A stretch of DNA of 64,000 nucleotides, from assembly GCF_006345805.1 (NCBI RefSeq), contig NC_043003.1, forward strand, positions 69,130,001 through 69,194,000, written 5' to 3'. Positions within the stretch are counted from its first letter, which is position 1, and each line of letters begins with the position of its first letter. The DNA is from Octopus sinensis (Eukaryota). Positions 1-14,834 of this stretch are shown here, piece after piece. The notes below the pieces were generated by a model. It did not search any database. It was not told where the DNA came from and saw only the letters and a program-made list of their open reading frames with translations. The position numbers and the translations under genes were made by a program.

Positions 1-105
1 AAATATTAAGGCCTGTTGTATTCTGTTGATACACAGATTTACTCTAAGTATTTGTTTCTCACTTTCTTCTTTTATGTTTTATTTAGATAAACGTTACAGT
101 ACATA

Positions 106-725
106 TACTCTTTTCTACTCAAGGCACAAGGCCCGAAATTTTGGGGGAGGGGGGACCAGTTGATTAGATCGACCCCAGTACGAAACTGGTACTTAATTTA
201 TCGACCCCGAAAGGATGAAAGGCAAGGTCGACCGCGGCGGAATTTGAACTCAGAACGTAACGGCAGACGAAATACGGCTACGCATTTTCGCCCGGCGTGC
301 TAACGTTTCTTATTTCTTTATTGCCCACAAGGGGCTAAACACAGAGCGGACGAACAAGGACAGACAAACGGATTAAGTCAATTATATCGACCCCAGTGCA
401 TGACTGGTACTTATTTAATCGTCCCCGAAAGGATGAAAGGGAAAGTCGACGTCGGCGGAATTTGAACTCAGAACGTAGCGGCAGGCGAAATACCTATTTC
501 TTTACTACCCACAAGGGGCTAAACACAGAACGGACGAACAAGGACAGACAAACGGATTAAGTCGATTATATCGACCCCAGTGCGTAATTGGTACTTATTT
601 AATGAACTCCGAAAAGATGAAAGGCAAAGTCAACCTCGGCAGAATTTGAACTCAGAACGTAGCGGCAGACGAAATACGGCTACGCATTTCGCCCGGTGTG
701 CTAACGTTTCTGCCAGCTCGCCGCC
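106..725 (-). mobile_element. tRNA-derived SINE family A, composite of tandem modules
   Basis: Head ggcggcgagctggcagaaacgttagc, B-box-like gagttcaaattcc, core gtcgactttgcctttcatcctttcggggtcgataaattaagtacc repeated three times. Confidence 0.8.
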
Positions 726-1470
726 TTGTCACAGTATATATATTGTCCGACGAAGGCTGGCAGGCTGAAGCTTCGAAGTCACTGTCACTCTTCTTATAAA
801 AGTTTAATAAATATGTACTCTACAAAAAAGTAGTTAGTGATTCTTCAGTTCAATGCTAAAGTGCTTAAATTATAACTCAACATAAAAACAAACATCAATG
901 TATGTGTGTGTGAGTGTGTGTGTGTGTGTATACTAACTGAAAGATATGTAAACACACACACACACACACGTGCACACATATTTACACGCAAACAAATTCA
1001 AGTACACAATTTGTTGCCATTTCGAAATGACATTTGAAGCATCTGATTTCGCCATCGTTGATAGACAGTCAGTTTATATTTCGTTCAATTATTTATTTTA
1101 ACATTTAACCTTTGTATATTGCGGAAAAAAATAATCACGTTTTTAATTTGAATTATTTTAATGTTTTAATGTGTTTTGTCATCGTCTAGAAGATTTTGTA
1201 TGTCAAAGCGAAATAGCTGAGTTGTTAATTCTAAGATCAACATAAGATTATTAATTCATTCAATCATTTCTTGAGTACAAAAGAAACTTATTCTGGTGCA
1301 CGCATGGTTCTGGTAAAGAAGCTTGATATACAGCGATGAGGTTTCAGGTTCTGCCAGAGTGCACAGTACCTTGAGCAAGTACCTTTATTCTATAAGCCCG
1401 ATCCGACCAATGCCTCGGGAGTCAATTTTGTAGTCGCAAACTGTCTGGAAGCTCATCGTGTGTGTGCGTG

Positions 1471-1528
<58 letters not shown>

Positions 1529-1742
1529 AACTCGATATGAAATTGTGTACATTTAAACAGAAGAGAAAACACCCTTCAACAGGCAGTTTTTACACGCTAG
1601 AAGAAGCAGTCAAAACGACCAAAACCACATTTAAAGAGGGATGAAAAATAAAAACTTTTTACCTTGTTATTTTATTCCCGTCAGACCTAGGCTTCTAATT
1701 TTTTTTTTAGCAAATAAAATAATTTGCTGGTCGAATTTTTCA

Positions 1743-2089
<347 letters not shown>

Positions 2090-2090
<1 letters not shown>

Positions 2091-4680
2091 GTTTCTTTAT
2101 TGGCCACACAGGGCTGCACACAGATGGGACAAGTTACAAGGTAGAGCTTTTCTTTTGGGGGATGAAAAAAACAATAAACAAAAAAACAAAAGAAACAAAA
2201 ATAATATGGCGTAGGTTTTCGATCAAAAGAGATCGTAAAAGGGAAAAACGAAAAAGAAAAAAAAGAAAAAAAGGAAAAGGAACAAAAGAAAAGAGAAATG
2301 AAAAAAGAAGAAAAAAGAGGAAAAAAAGGGGAAGAGGAAAAAAAACGATCAATAGGGATCGTGTATCACAGTGTCATGATGTATGGTGTAAAGGGGAAAG
2401 CAAGTAAGGTTTATCTGTGGGAAGAAAAGCCTACGAAAAAGACCACCGTAACCTTGGTCAATATTGTTATATGTTACCACATTTGTTTGCAAGTGGGTAA
2501 CCCTCTATTTTCAATTTCTGGGTTCATAGGATTATGCTCAAGGTGGCTTCGTCATTCATACGTGCCATCCTTGCTACATTCACCCATCTTTTTTTAAAAC
2601 ATTCGCTAGACAAAACTTGCCTCTCTACTCTCACTTTTCTTTTCAAGTGGTACTTGAAGAAGTTGATGAGAGGTTGATCAGAGAGGAAAGTGTTTGTCTC
2701 CAATCCTTTCAGACGCGTCCACCAGATACATTCTTTCGCCATAGCCACAAGGATGATGAAAATAGCTCTTCCTTCCCGTTTGAAGGAAGGAGGCGTGACA
2801 ATATTGACGATAGACTCAGCTGATAAACCGACTCGTCCCACACGTGACAGCAGTTGTTCGACATAAGCCCACAGGTCGGAAATTGTTGGACACTGCACGA
2901 GTGCGTGCAGAACGGTTTCGTCGCTCTGACCGCATCTCGGGCAGGTCGGCCTCGTGTTTCTCGAGCCGTGTCTGTAGAGCTTATCCCGAACGGGTAGCGC
3001 TTCTCGGTAGCACTGCCAGGCCAGGGATCTCTAGAAGTTGTCCATGGGCCCTGGCCCGAAAGTCGTCCCGAATAGGCGGGTCAGGTATTCCTCATCGTCG
3101 TCCAGGTTCGCCCCGAGCTCGTCGTTGTACCTCCCCTCCGCTAATCCCCTATAGAATGCTTTGGTTGTGATGGAGTCACTCAAGGTCGACCCAGGACGGC
3201 AGACTTGCTTGAGAGCAACGCGACACTCGCGGTGCCATTCGCCCTTCCTCGGCCTCTTTTTGATCCACGATTGCAGTTCGGTCATGGAGACGAGCTGCGG
3301 GAAAGCGTGCCTCACAAACGGCGACCACACCTGTTCACTGTCGTCTACGAAGAGCCTGAGATGTCGCAGTCTCAGCGCGTGTCTGCGCATCATCAACCAT
3401 GGCATGCCCAGTCCTCCTTTTAACGGGTGTTGACAGCAAATGGATCGCCTGACCATCGGGACGCATCCTTTCCACAAGAAGCGAAAAAGAATGCGTTGTA
3501 GTTTGGTGATGGTAGGGTCGGGACAAGGCACGACAGTCAGGCGGTAGTAGATGACGGACGCGACGTACGTGTTCGCCACCTCCGCCCGACCTTTTAGGGA
3601 TAGTTTCCTCTCGGCCCATTGCCGGGCGAGTGACCACCCTACTCGTTATCTCGTTCCAGTTCTTCTCCATTTGGAGGTCCGGACCGAACCAGACCCCGAG
3701 CAACTCGACCGGCCCGTCGGTCCAGCGTCCCACAACGGAGGCGCTGGTGGGCGGCATTGGCTTGCTTCTCCAGGTGCCTAATCGCAAGCCCACTGACTTT
3801 TCCCGGTTGATTTTTGCTCCTGTCACCGCTTCGTAGTTTTTCAGTGTCTCGCCGACCTGCTCGATGTGCTCGTGGCTAGACACTATGACGGTGACGTCGT
3901 CCGCGTATGCAAACACGCTCGTCCCGCATCACAGTTCTCGCAGGATGCCCTTCAGAGTTGCCAGCTTCCGCAATAGTGGCTCGAGAGTCAATACGTATAG
4001 GAGTGACGAGAGGGGGAATCCCTGACGGACCGAACGTGCGATGTCGAAAGGTCTCGATAGATGTCCATTTACGCGAATTACCGAACGGATGCTTCTGTAC
4101 AAAGCGGCTATCCAGCCGCGGAAGACGGGACCGAAGCCAGCCGCTCTGAGGACTGCCGCCAAGTATCGATGGTCTACCCTATCGAAAGCTTTCGATTGAT
4201 CCAAATTTATCAGTGCCCCACCCATGCCAGGTTCGTTAACTACCCAGTCTATGATGTAGCGCATCAGGTGGAGGTTGTCATGGATGGTCCGGCCCGGCAC
4301 GGCGCACGTTTGCGCCTTGTCGACCAGTTTCTCGATGACAAGCGCCAACCTCATGGCTAACACCTTGGCCAAAATTTTCAAGTCTGCATTAAGCAGAGTG
4401 ATGGGCCTAAAGTTATCTATTGCATTTCCCTTGTTTAGATCTTTCCTCGGCAGTGTTACGGCTCCTCGGCTCACAAAACCAGGAATGCTCCCGTTTTGCT
4501 GCCAGTTGCAGTACACCGCTGCCAAGACGTCTCCAAACAAGTCTGGCATACAACTGTAAAGCTCGTAGGGTAGACCATCCAAACCCGGCGATTTGTCCCT
4601 CGAGCATTCTGCCGCCGTGATGGCACCTTCGCAGCACCCTACCTCTCTTGTCGAGAGTCGTGGTAGGCTGTGTAGGTAGG
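2090..4680 (-). mobile_element. 5'-truncated Tx1/L1-clade non-LTR retrotransposon (frameshifted RT plus C-terminal region and 3' UTR), embedded in (TATC)n
   Basis: Overlapping ORFs 3929-4804, 3335-3916, 3031-3579 and 2524-2898 carry KSPGLDGLPYELY, FRPITLLNADLKILAKVLA, LINLDQSKAFDRVDH, SVRQG.PLS, FAYADDV and GGLGMP. There is a T-rich 3' UTR, AATAAA at 2096-2101 (minus), then (TATC)n. Confidence 0.9.

Positions 4681-4779
<99 letters not shown>
4681..4779. repeat. (TAGA)n microsatellite, 5' flank of the Tx1 element
   Basis: Direct reading; same strand orientation as 1743-2089. Confidence 0.98.
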
Positions 4780-5179
4780 AGTAACAAGGACGTACAGATG
4801 TCAATACATTACGGTCGTTTCAAGCGACTCCATTCAATTGAACAATGAAAACATTACATCATTTTGAAAGAAAACATGAAAACAATGTCATTATTTTGGT
4901 TTCTATTTTTTATGTAAATTTGTTAAAAATGGTTTACTCTTTGTCTTGGAAATCTATATGGTCATCTTCATCTGAAGAGAGAGGTTTCTCTCAAATTGCT
5001 GCAATGTTTTCATTAATCAAATAAATGAAGCCGCTTGAAACGGCTGTAATGTATCGAGATTGTACATCCTTGTTGCTTATTTACATTCTGTTCACCTAAC
5101 TTGGATGTGTGCGGACTGCACCGACCTGGCAAGGTGCCTCAACTTAAGTACCTAAATCAACTGTATCTTAATTATATAC

Positions 5180-6110
<931 letters not shown>

Positions 6111-6147
6111 ACATATATGTATGTATGTATGTATGTATGCATGTATG

Positions 6148-6197
<50 letters not shown>

Positions 6198-6206
6198 TAC
6201 ATACAT

Positions 6207-6238
<32 letters not shown>

Positions 6239-7582
6239 TATTATATCAACGACAAGCGTTACGTATATATGTGTGTGGAGGGTGGTATGTGTATGTGCAT
6301 ATGTAAATATGTGTGAATATATGTGTGTGTGCCTGTGTAATATTATGTTATCTTTAATTGCTTCTTCCTTTCATTAGACACTTGTACTACTATAGCCTCT
6401 CATTTTCCCCTTTATTTCTATCTATGGAGTTTTTCTCAGATTTCTGTAATTGTCCTTTTTCATTCTACCATATATAAGGTCAAACTTGAAACTACTAATT
6501 TATTTCGCATGTAATGACTGAAGAGGGTAATATCTGTGTAACAATTTACTACGTAACCGCTTGAAACGTACGAATTAAATGCATACAAAATATCATCAAT
6601 TAGTTTTTATTATTATTCTCGTATTATAAGACTCGTGTTAATAAGAATCTAGCCAATCCCTCCGAGGATAAAACGGCTTATAGCAGCATATAAGTATAGA
6701 AGTGATACGTTGATCTGAACTCCAAGTCGAAAATAGCTGGAAGAGTGTACTGCATCAAGATATATTTCTGGATATATGTGCGTTTGTGCGTGTATGTGCG
6801 TGTGTGTTTGAATATATGCGTGTACATATAAATATATATGGGGGTGTTCTTTGTTTTAACAAACCCAGAAGGATGAGAGACAAAGTTGGCTTCAGGAGTG
6901 ATTGAACTCAGAACACAAAGGACTGCAACAAAAACGCGAGGTAGTTGAGCAATAATATATAATTAAATAAATATTTGTTGTTTTTTTTCTTCTTTTCGCT
7001 TACATTTCAACACAGACATTGATTGATACTACATCAATATTAATACACAAATATACATTTAATAAGATAAATAGTCCATATTTTTATTATGAAGATGTCT
7101 GGGTGTTTTTTAATGTTTGCTTTTTCAAAAGAGAAAGCGGTGGGGGTAAACGCCGGACTAAATGAATTAAAAACTTAAAGGACGAAGTTATTTCGATTAC
7201 TAGTTATAATAAATAAGTATTGATGAAAGAGATTAAATTATATGCTGATGTTATACATTAAAGTCGATATCCTGCTGATTCTGCCATAACTGCCGCTATT
7301 TAAAATGTAGGTATTGATTTTTGTTTTTACTCGGTTCAAAACCAGATTTTTTTTTTTTAGGAAAATGTAAGCGTCGATAGAATTGATTTGAAAAGTCGGT
7401 TGACTTGTGATATGTCGATCATCAGAGAACAAAAAAAAAGAAAAGGAAAAAGATCATAACCAGTACTGCTGAAATTTGAACTTTGAATGACAAGTTGGCG
7501 TCTTAGTTAAAGCTCTGGAGACTCCTGTCATAGATGACAGATAAAGGCTCTGCAAATTCTTGCCTAATAACCTACATAGATA

Positions 7583-8185
7583 GGGCGGCGAACTTAGCAG
7601 TATTTCATCTGCCGCTACGTTCTGAGTTCAAATTCCGCCGAGGTCGACTTTGCCTTTCATCGTTTCGGGGTCGATTAAATAAGTACCAGTTACGCACTGG
7701 GGTCGATGTAATCGACTTAATCCGTTTGTCTGTCCTTGTTTGTCCCCTATGTGTGTAGCCCCTTCTGGGCAATAAAGAAATAAGAAACGTTAACACGCCG
7801 GGCGAAATGCTTTGCGGTATTTCGTCTGCCGTTACGTTCTGAGTTCGAATTCCGCCGAGGTTGACTTTGCCTTTCATCCTTTCGGGGTCGATTAAATAAG
7901 AACCAGTTACGCACTGGGGTCGATATAATCGACTTAATCCGTTTGTCTGTCTTTGTCCGACCCCTCTGTGTGTAGACCCTTGTGGGTAGTAAAGAAATAG
8001 GTATTTCGTCTGTTTTTACGTTCTGTGTTTAAATTCCGTTGAGGTCGACTTTACTTTCATTCTTTCAGGGTCGATTAGATAAGTACCAGTTACGCACTGG
8101 GGTTGATGTAATCGACTTAACCCCTTTGTCTGTCCTCTCTATGTTTATCCCCCACCCACCCCCGTGGGCAATGAAGAATGTAAAT
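7583..8185 (+). mobile_element. SINE family A, three tandem modules
   Basis: Same core repeated; similar to 106-725. Confidence 0.8.
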
Positions 8186-8363
8186 AACCTACATAGATGG
8201 TTTAATTACAATTATCAAATGTATGTGCTTTACTCACTCCCTCCATCAAATTCGCATCGCCTGTATAAATGAACGGTGCACCACACGTCAGATGTCTCAG
8301 TCGTTACAAATTACACCGCCCAGTCACGAAGTCAAAACTACGATCGGAAGATCTTGAGTGCAA

Positions 8364-8763
8364 CTTCTTCTTCTTCTTCTTAAGCACTCCGTCGGTTACG
8401 ACGATGAGGGTTCCGGTTGATCCGAATCAACGGAACAGCCTGCTCGTGAAATTAACGTGTAAGTGGCTGAGCACTCCACAGACACGTGCACCCTTAACGT
8501 AGTTCTCGGGGATATTCAGCGTGACACAAAGAGTGACAAGGCCGGCCCCTTGAAATACAGGTACAACAGAAACAGGAAGTAAGAGTGAGAGAAAGTTGTG
8601 GTGAAAGAGTACAGCAGGGATCACCACCATCCCCTGCCGGAGCCTCGTGGAGCTTTTTAGGTGTTTTCGCTCAATAAACACTCACAACGCCTGGTCTGGG
8701 AATCGAAACCGCGATCTTATGACCGCGAGTCCGCTGCCCTAACCACTGGGCCATTGCGCCTCC
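8364..8763 (-). mobile_element. tRNA-derived SINE family C with (AAG)n tail
   Basis: Head ggaggcgcaaTGGCCCAGTGGttagggcagcggactcgcggtcataagatcgcgGTTTCGATTCCcag contains A and B boxes. Confidence 0.8.
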
Positions 8764-9455
8764 TTATCTCGAGTGCAACACCCTACCTACTAATCCACGT
8801 GCCTACACTAGTTAAAGCAAAAACGACCTAAAAGTAACTAATATCGATCTGTCTTATGAACGTGACGAATACTTACAAGTATAGTCGCTTAAATTGATCC
8901 GAGTTTATGGCTAGCTAGAAATTATTTTTATTAAGTTTATCACTGGAACTTATTGTATCAAAATAGCTCCGTTTTCAATTTTACTAGTATTATTTTCGTA
9001 TTATATCCGATTGAAATGACTGCAATCAAATCCCAGAGGTATTGAAAGAAATTATTTTCAGAATCTTGTCTTTCCCATGACTAGTTCAAAACGAAACCAA
9101 TACTTATTTCACTACGTGTAGAGTAAGTACGGAGCGAGAGATAAACAACATGTGAAACGGAACCAAGATTAGTTACGTTCTTCGATCCGAGCCATTTCAC
9201 TTCAATTATGCCAATAATTGTTTTGAAGAATCCAAGATGTTACAGCTAAGCATTCCCCCCACTTGTTGCAAAAGTATAGGGGCCTTTTTTCCTAGTCAGA
9301 GAAAGCCAATACTTACGACTATGTTATTAGTCTACATTATTCCTTTGCATTGTATATGTGTGTGTGTATTTATATATATATACACATATATATGTATTTA
9401 TTAATGCACATATATATACATTAATAGATATATATACATGTGTATGAATATATAT

Positions 9456-9489
<34 letters not shown>

Positions 9490-9535
9490 CATATATTTAT
9501 TAATACATATATATATACATACACATATATATATA

Positions 9536-9566
<31 letters not shown>

Positions 9567-10084
9567 TAGTGTGTATGTGTGTGTGTGTTTAAACAGTGCA
9601 TTCTCACTATGAACTGTTGTTGCTTTAAGCTTAAAGAAATATATATTATTTTTCTATACAAGTAAGAAAAGATAGCTTCTATCGCTTAAGCCATGTAAAA
9701 CATATAAATATGATTTATATTGGAAATCAATTGCTCGTAATCTGAACATTTGAGCGTGTTTCTTGCTGAAAGCGCAAGATATTCATTCACCCACTAAATA
9801 TTTTGTTCCATCATCTTATGTGCCTCTTCATTATATATATATGTACATATATACATGTGTGTGCGTGAATGTTTGTGATTATATTTTTGTTACAATAACA
9901 TTCAATCCATGCTATAACTGCGAGCAAGTTATCACAAGAGATGCAGGAAAATGGCGCTGTAAATGAACAAAATATTTCATCAGCTTTACGCCTGAGAAAT
10001 TGAATGTAAACAACGCTTCGGTCGACCAGGTGGGAGGATGTGGAAGAAAATAAAATGAACAATAGCAACAATGACAACGTAGAT

Positions 10085-10502
10085 TATTGTTATTATTGCC
10101 TGGAGATGTACTACAGTGTCAGCTATTCACTACCAGTGGACTAAGGTAACACCTCTTATTTTTCGAACACCTTCCGGAGTATTCGTGCGGTTCCAAGCAA
10201 TGCTGTTTTCTGCAAGTGCTCCGCCCTTATTGCAACCCCTATTTGTTCCACCTACTTCTCGAGATTTTTGCTCACTGTTCCCATTGTTCCAATTATTGGT
10301 ACTACTACCAACTTTTTCATCGACCATAACTGCTTAACCTCCCAAGCTAATCTGTCATATCTATCGACTTTTCTTTCTTCCTTATCGCATACCTTGTTTT
10401 CAGTTGGGCATACTATATCTATGATCCAGCATAGTTTGCTTTCTTTCTCAATTAAGACTATGTCTGGCTTCCTATTCTCTATCTCATGGTCGCACTGAAT
10501 CA

Positions 10503-10503
<1 letters not shown>
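10085..10503 (-). mobile_element. Older R4/Dong-like 3' fragment (endonuclease end) in tandem with the young copy
   Basis: IQCDHEIENRKPDIVLIEKESKLCWIIDIVCP...VVVPIIG. It starts at the shared (TAA)n and ends at a degenerate attattgttattatt. Confidence 0.8.
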
Positions 10504-10530
<27 letters not shown>

Positions 10531-10533
<3 letters not shown>

Positions 10534-12505
10534 TAGTTTATTTTTATAGCGTGCTTTCACTTCACTACCGAGCGCAGCTCTGTGTGCCTTGGGTATGTGC
10601 TGTGATTTGTTGTGATGCTCTGATGGTTATTGTATGGAAAGTGTTCTGCGTAGGATGTGTGCAGTGCCTAGTAGTGCAATTTTCTGTATGTTATATGTGT
10701 TTGTAAGTCCTGGTGTTTTTGTTATGTATTTGTCTGAATATTTTTTTATCATGCCTAATGCACCTACTATGATAGGAATTGTTTCTGTTTTCAGGTTCCA
10801 CATTCTAGTTACCTCTGTTTCCAGGTCTTTGTATTTTGAGAGTTTCTCCATTTCTTTTAGAGACACGTTGTCATCTGCCGGTATTGATACATCAATTAGA
10901 AAGCATTTTTTTTCTTCATGATCTCTGACAACTATATCTGGTCTGTTGGCCTTAATTTCTCTATCTGTGTGTATCGGCATATCCCAGAGTATGGTTGCTT
11001 TCTCGTTTTCTGTGACCTTTTCTGGTGTGTGCCTATACCATCTTTTTTTTGTTGTTATTCCATAATGTTGGCATAGCTTCCAATGTATGTAGGTTCCAAC
11101 TCTGTCATGTCTGTGAATATATTCCTTCTTAGCCAGGACTGGGCAGCTAGAGATAATATGATTTATTGTTTCTTGTCCATCTCCACATATTCTGCAGTTA
11201 CTTGTAATATTTCTTTTCATTACATGTTTTTGGTAATTTCTGGTGGGGAGGCTTTGGTCTTGTGCTGCAATTAAAAATCCCTCTGTTTCTGCTTTGAGTC
11301 CTGAGCTTCTCAACCATTGCTGGGATTTTTCTTTGTCTATTTCTTTTGCGTTTAGTTTAGTCAAGTATTTACCATGAAGGGGTTTTTCTTGCCATCGTTT
11401 TATCATGGCTCGTTGCTGTTCTATTTTTAGTTTGGATTTCATTTGTTTTATAGCTTTTGTTGTTTCTTCATCATCTTCTTCTTCTTCTTCATGTTTATTA
11501 GGTGGTATGATTTCTTGTTTGTATTTGTCAGCTTCCTTAAATACTGAGAACAGTTTTTTGTTTTGCTCGTGTTTTGCTGCTATCTGGATCAGTTTTCCTT
11601 CCTTCTGAAGTAGGTATTTTTGCAGTCCTATGGTGGTTATTTTATAGTAGTTTTCCAGCTGTATAAGGCCTCTACCACCTTCTATACGTTGTATATATAG
11701 TCTTTCTATGTCAGATTTTGGGTGATACATCCTAGATCCTGTCAGTATTTTTCTTGTTTTCCTATCTATTTTGGACAGTTCATTTCGTGTCCAGTTAAGG
11801 ATATTGTAGCTGTAACTTATAACTGGGACAGCTAAAGTGTTGATACCTATTATCTTGTTTTTAGCATTGAGCTTTGTTTTTAGTATTGATCTAACTCGTC
11901 TATAATATTCTTTTTTTATTTTCTCTTTCATTTGTGTGTGCTGTGTCTTATCTAGTTCATGGATTCCTAAGTATTTGTAAGTTTGGCTTTGGTCTAATTC
12001 TTTTATTTCATTGGTTTTATCTAGTGTGATGTTGTTACTCTTAACTAGTTTTCCTCTTTTCATGGTTACTTTGGCGCATTTTTCTAATCCAAATTTCATA
12101 TCTATTTCTTTGGTAAATCCATGAACTGTCTTTAATAGTGTTTCCAGCTGTTTGTCATTTGCAGCGTATAGTTTTAGGTCATCCATATATAAAAGGTGGC
12201 TGATCGTTTTGCCGTAACATTTATATCCGCATCCAGTTCTATTTAGCATATCAGATAGAGGTGACAGTGCCAAGCAGAAAAGGAGTGGAGAGAGCGTGTC
12301 TCCCTGGAATATTCCTCTTCTAATGGGGATGTCTTGGTTTTCATGAGTCCCTCTTTTGTTTGGAGGTGTAGGACTGTTTGCCATTTATTCATAGAGTGCT
12401 CTATGAATTTTATGATTGTTGGTGCTACTTTGTTAATGGCTAGTGTTTCGAGGATCCATGTGTGGGGGATGCTATCAAACGCCTTTTTGTAGTCAATCCA
12501 GGCCA
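10531..12505 (-). mobile_element. Young 5'-truncated R4/Dong-clade non-LTR retrotransposon (RT plus restriction-like endonuclease), flanked by (TAA)n on both sides
   Basis: 585-aa ORF 10627-12384 with GIFQGDTLSPLLF, LLYMDDLKLY, the CCHC knuckle CRICGDGQETINHIISSC, the RHD motif and RPDIVV...LIDVSIP. The upstream AWIDYKKAFDS segment lies in another frame (one frameshift near 12335). (ATT)n at 10503-10530 and 12505-12569. Confidence 0.92.
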
Positions 12506-12569
12506 TTATTATTATTATTATTATTATATTATTATTATTATTATTATCACTATTATTATTATTATTACT

Positions 12570-12997
12570 GACTGAGAGAGCAGTGTATGCCATCAAAAGG
12601 ATACTGGGGTAAAATATACGAAGCCCAGTATACCCATCATGACTACCCGTCTGATAAGGGTACACTAGGCACATGCGTCACAACCATATGTGCGCGACAT
12701 GGTGATCTCATATCAAGATAAACAGAACATGACCTTGCAGGTGAGGCCCAGTTAAAATTTTCTTCTGGTCGAGTAACCCATCCCGCTCAAAAGGTCCCTG
12801 AATAAGGGTTGTTTAAGGATGTTGAACGAAACACTTATGATTCCAAAGGTGAATTATCCAAACCCCAAAGAATCTCTCTCAACACATGGCTATGATGCTC
12901 CCCCACTACTTCTGCTCGTGATCAGAGATGCACATAGCGTCAGCCACTAAGGGACATGCTCAACTGCTTAAGGTCAAACAATTGACAAACAAATCTT
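12570..12997 (-). mobile_element. Non-coding (TAA)n-tailed interspersed repeat (SINE-like); a short 3' piece recurs at 14517-14560
   Basis: (att)n-gagtgagagagcagtgcatgccatcaaag is shared by both sites. No tRNA head was seen. Confidence 0.5.
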
Positions 12998-13779
12998 ATC
13001 TGATACGTTTAAGACAGGAAGACTAGGTAGCGAAACTAACAGCAGGAAATCCATTTGAAAAAGTCAAAACTGATCGACGTATTTTCCGCGGTAGCAGCCT
13101 ATTAAATCCACTGATTGTCATTTCCCTTACTCGCCAAAGAAATGGCAAAAGTAAAAACTGAATACGTGGGAGGAAAAGATCAGGAAATAGTTAACCATTT
13201 GCTGTTCATGAGCTGACCTAAATGTTTATGACAAGACTGAGAAGGAATTGGATACAATTGTCGGTACAGTGTGCGTTTAACAATAAGTAACTGGATGAAA
13301 TTTAATCTGTCTAAGTATGGAGTCGTTGTGATGAAGAATGAGGAATATAATAAAAATTGACGGAATAAATCTATCAAGTGAGAAGATACCGGAGATTTAT
13401 GCAGATATTGGATATAAATATCCATCAGCCTTAGAAACTACGGAACACATACTACCACAGAAGCAGAAGCAGAAGCATTGACCTTGTCTATATATTCTGT
13501 CCGCCAGTATTCGCATGAGTGTTGAATGAAGTTACCAACCCCCCTCTCATTTCCACTCTCTCTCTCTTTCTCTCTATACATACATATATATATATATATA
13601 TACATATAGGCGCAGGCGTGGATGTGTGGTAAGAAGCTTTGCTTCCCAACCACATGGTTCCGAGTTCAGTTCCACTGCGTGGTATCTTAGGTAAATGTCT
13701 TCTTTTATAGGCTTAGGCCAACCAAGGCTTTGTGAGTGGATTTATGGATTTGGTAGACAGAAACTGAAAGAAGCCTGCC

Positions 13780-13819
<40 letters not shown>

Positions 13820-14584
13820 TATGAGGATATTTAAACTTCTTGTAGGGATAGGTTTATCCTAGATACCCTGGTGTAATATATTATATTTTGAAGATGCATT
13901 TCTTCAATAAATATATTATAAAACATCAAATATTATAAATAAGATTGAAAATGCAAATGTTAAAGAATTACGCTCTGCAGTTAGTTGTTTCTTGTTGCAA
14001 ACACAGTGTTTTAATCTTCATTCCAATTTTTTCCTTCTTCTCTTAATGTGATATGTTGTAATGAAATGGTTTACATTTAGATTTTAGTAAAAGATTACAG
14101 AAATTCTCTGATGCAACATACTTTTCGTGATTGAAACAAAATTTGGCACTTGTATTTAGCTCTTACATAGCATCAGAGTGGAATGGGGAAAAAAATTATA
14201 TAGTCCCTTGTTTTTCTGTCTTTAACTTTTGGAAACTTGTTATAAAGATTCTATCTATCTGTCTGTATATAGATGTACAAACATTAGAAAGAGTGCTCAA
14301 TTCATGTAGTAGAATGTATTTTATACACTTAGAAGTGATCATTCACACTGTCATTACTCCGAGTTTCCTGTTATGTGCACTTGTTCAAATGAACACTCAG
14401 CTTTGAATGAATGTGTGTGTGTGTGTGTGGTTGTGTGAGTGGGAGTTATAATTAAAATTATTTAGTTTTATTCATTGTTAAAATGTTTACATTGATGGAG
14501 TACATCAGGAAAAAAAAATTATTATTATTGAGTGAGAGAGCAGTGCATGCCATCAAAGTGATGGGAAATGAAATTGAGACTTAC

Positions 14585-14670
14585 GTGGTTTGAGCTTGGT
14601 AGTATTCAACTAGATGTTGTAGTAGATCGACTCCTTTCTTTGTGCGGATTTCATTGACTTTTATTAGATA
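14585..14670 (-). CDS. ASAP1: Next coding exon (86 nt, phase 0/2) of the ASAP-family gene: [28 protein letters not shown]
   Basis: Minus strand reads ttcttcttctgtttgttcgcag|TATCTAATAAAAGTCAATGAAATCCGC...CAAGCTCAAACCAC|gtaagt. It continues in frame from the 17131-17184 exon and matches ASAP1 [28 protein letters not shown] (recalled). No flanking ASAP exons were found in the window. Confidence 0.92.
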
Positions 14671-14834
14671 CTGCGAACAAACAGAAGAAGAAATTAGACA
14701 ACTTTAAACGTTCATCTGCTAAAATAAGTCTTTTTTAAAAAATAAGTCACTACATTACTGACCATCAGTAGATCATATCTTCATACAGTTAATGTATATT
14801 TAAGATTTAAGTTTGCAAATGAGAGACTAACAGA

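Noticed and set aside
742-790. Hammerhead-like ccgacgaaggc...ggctgaagcttcgaagtc
   Set aside because: The palindromic stem III is present, but GAAA is mutated and stems I and II pair poorly; at best a decayed relic.
8690-8763. tRNA gene (also SINE heads at ~35120-35195, ~28981-29040 and others)
   Set aside because: A/B boxes are present, but I could not see a full cloverleaf with an acceptor stem, and each continues into a SINE body.
13140-13440. Old plus-strand RT remnant (WMKFNLSKYGVVVMK...GYKY)
   Set aside because: Only weak resemblance, with many stops and frameshifts.
13960-14010. Minus-strand peptide NKKQLTAER resembling ASAP1 EEKKQLTALR as a further exon
   Set aside because: There is an in-frame stop just upstream, no convincing splice sites, and the intervening FFQDG exon was not found; likely chance.
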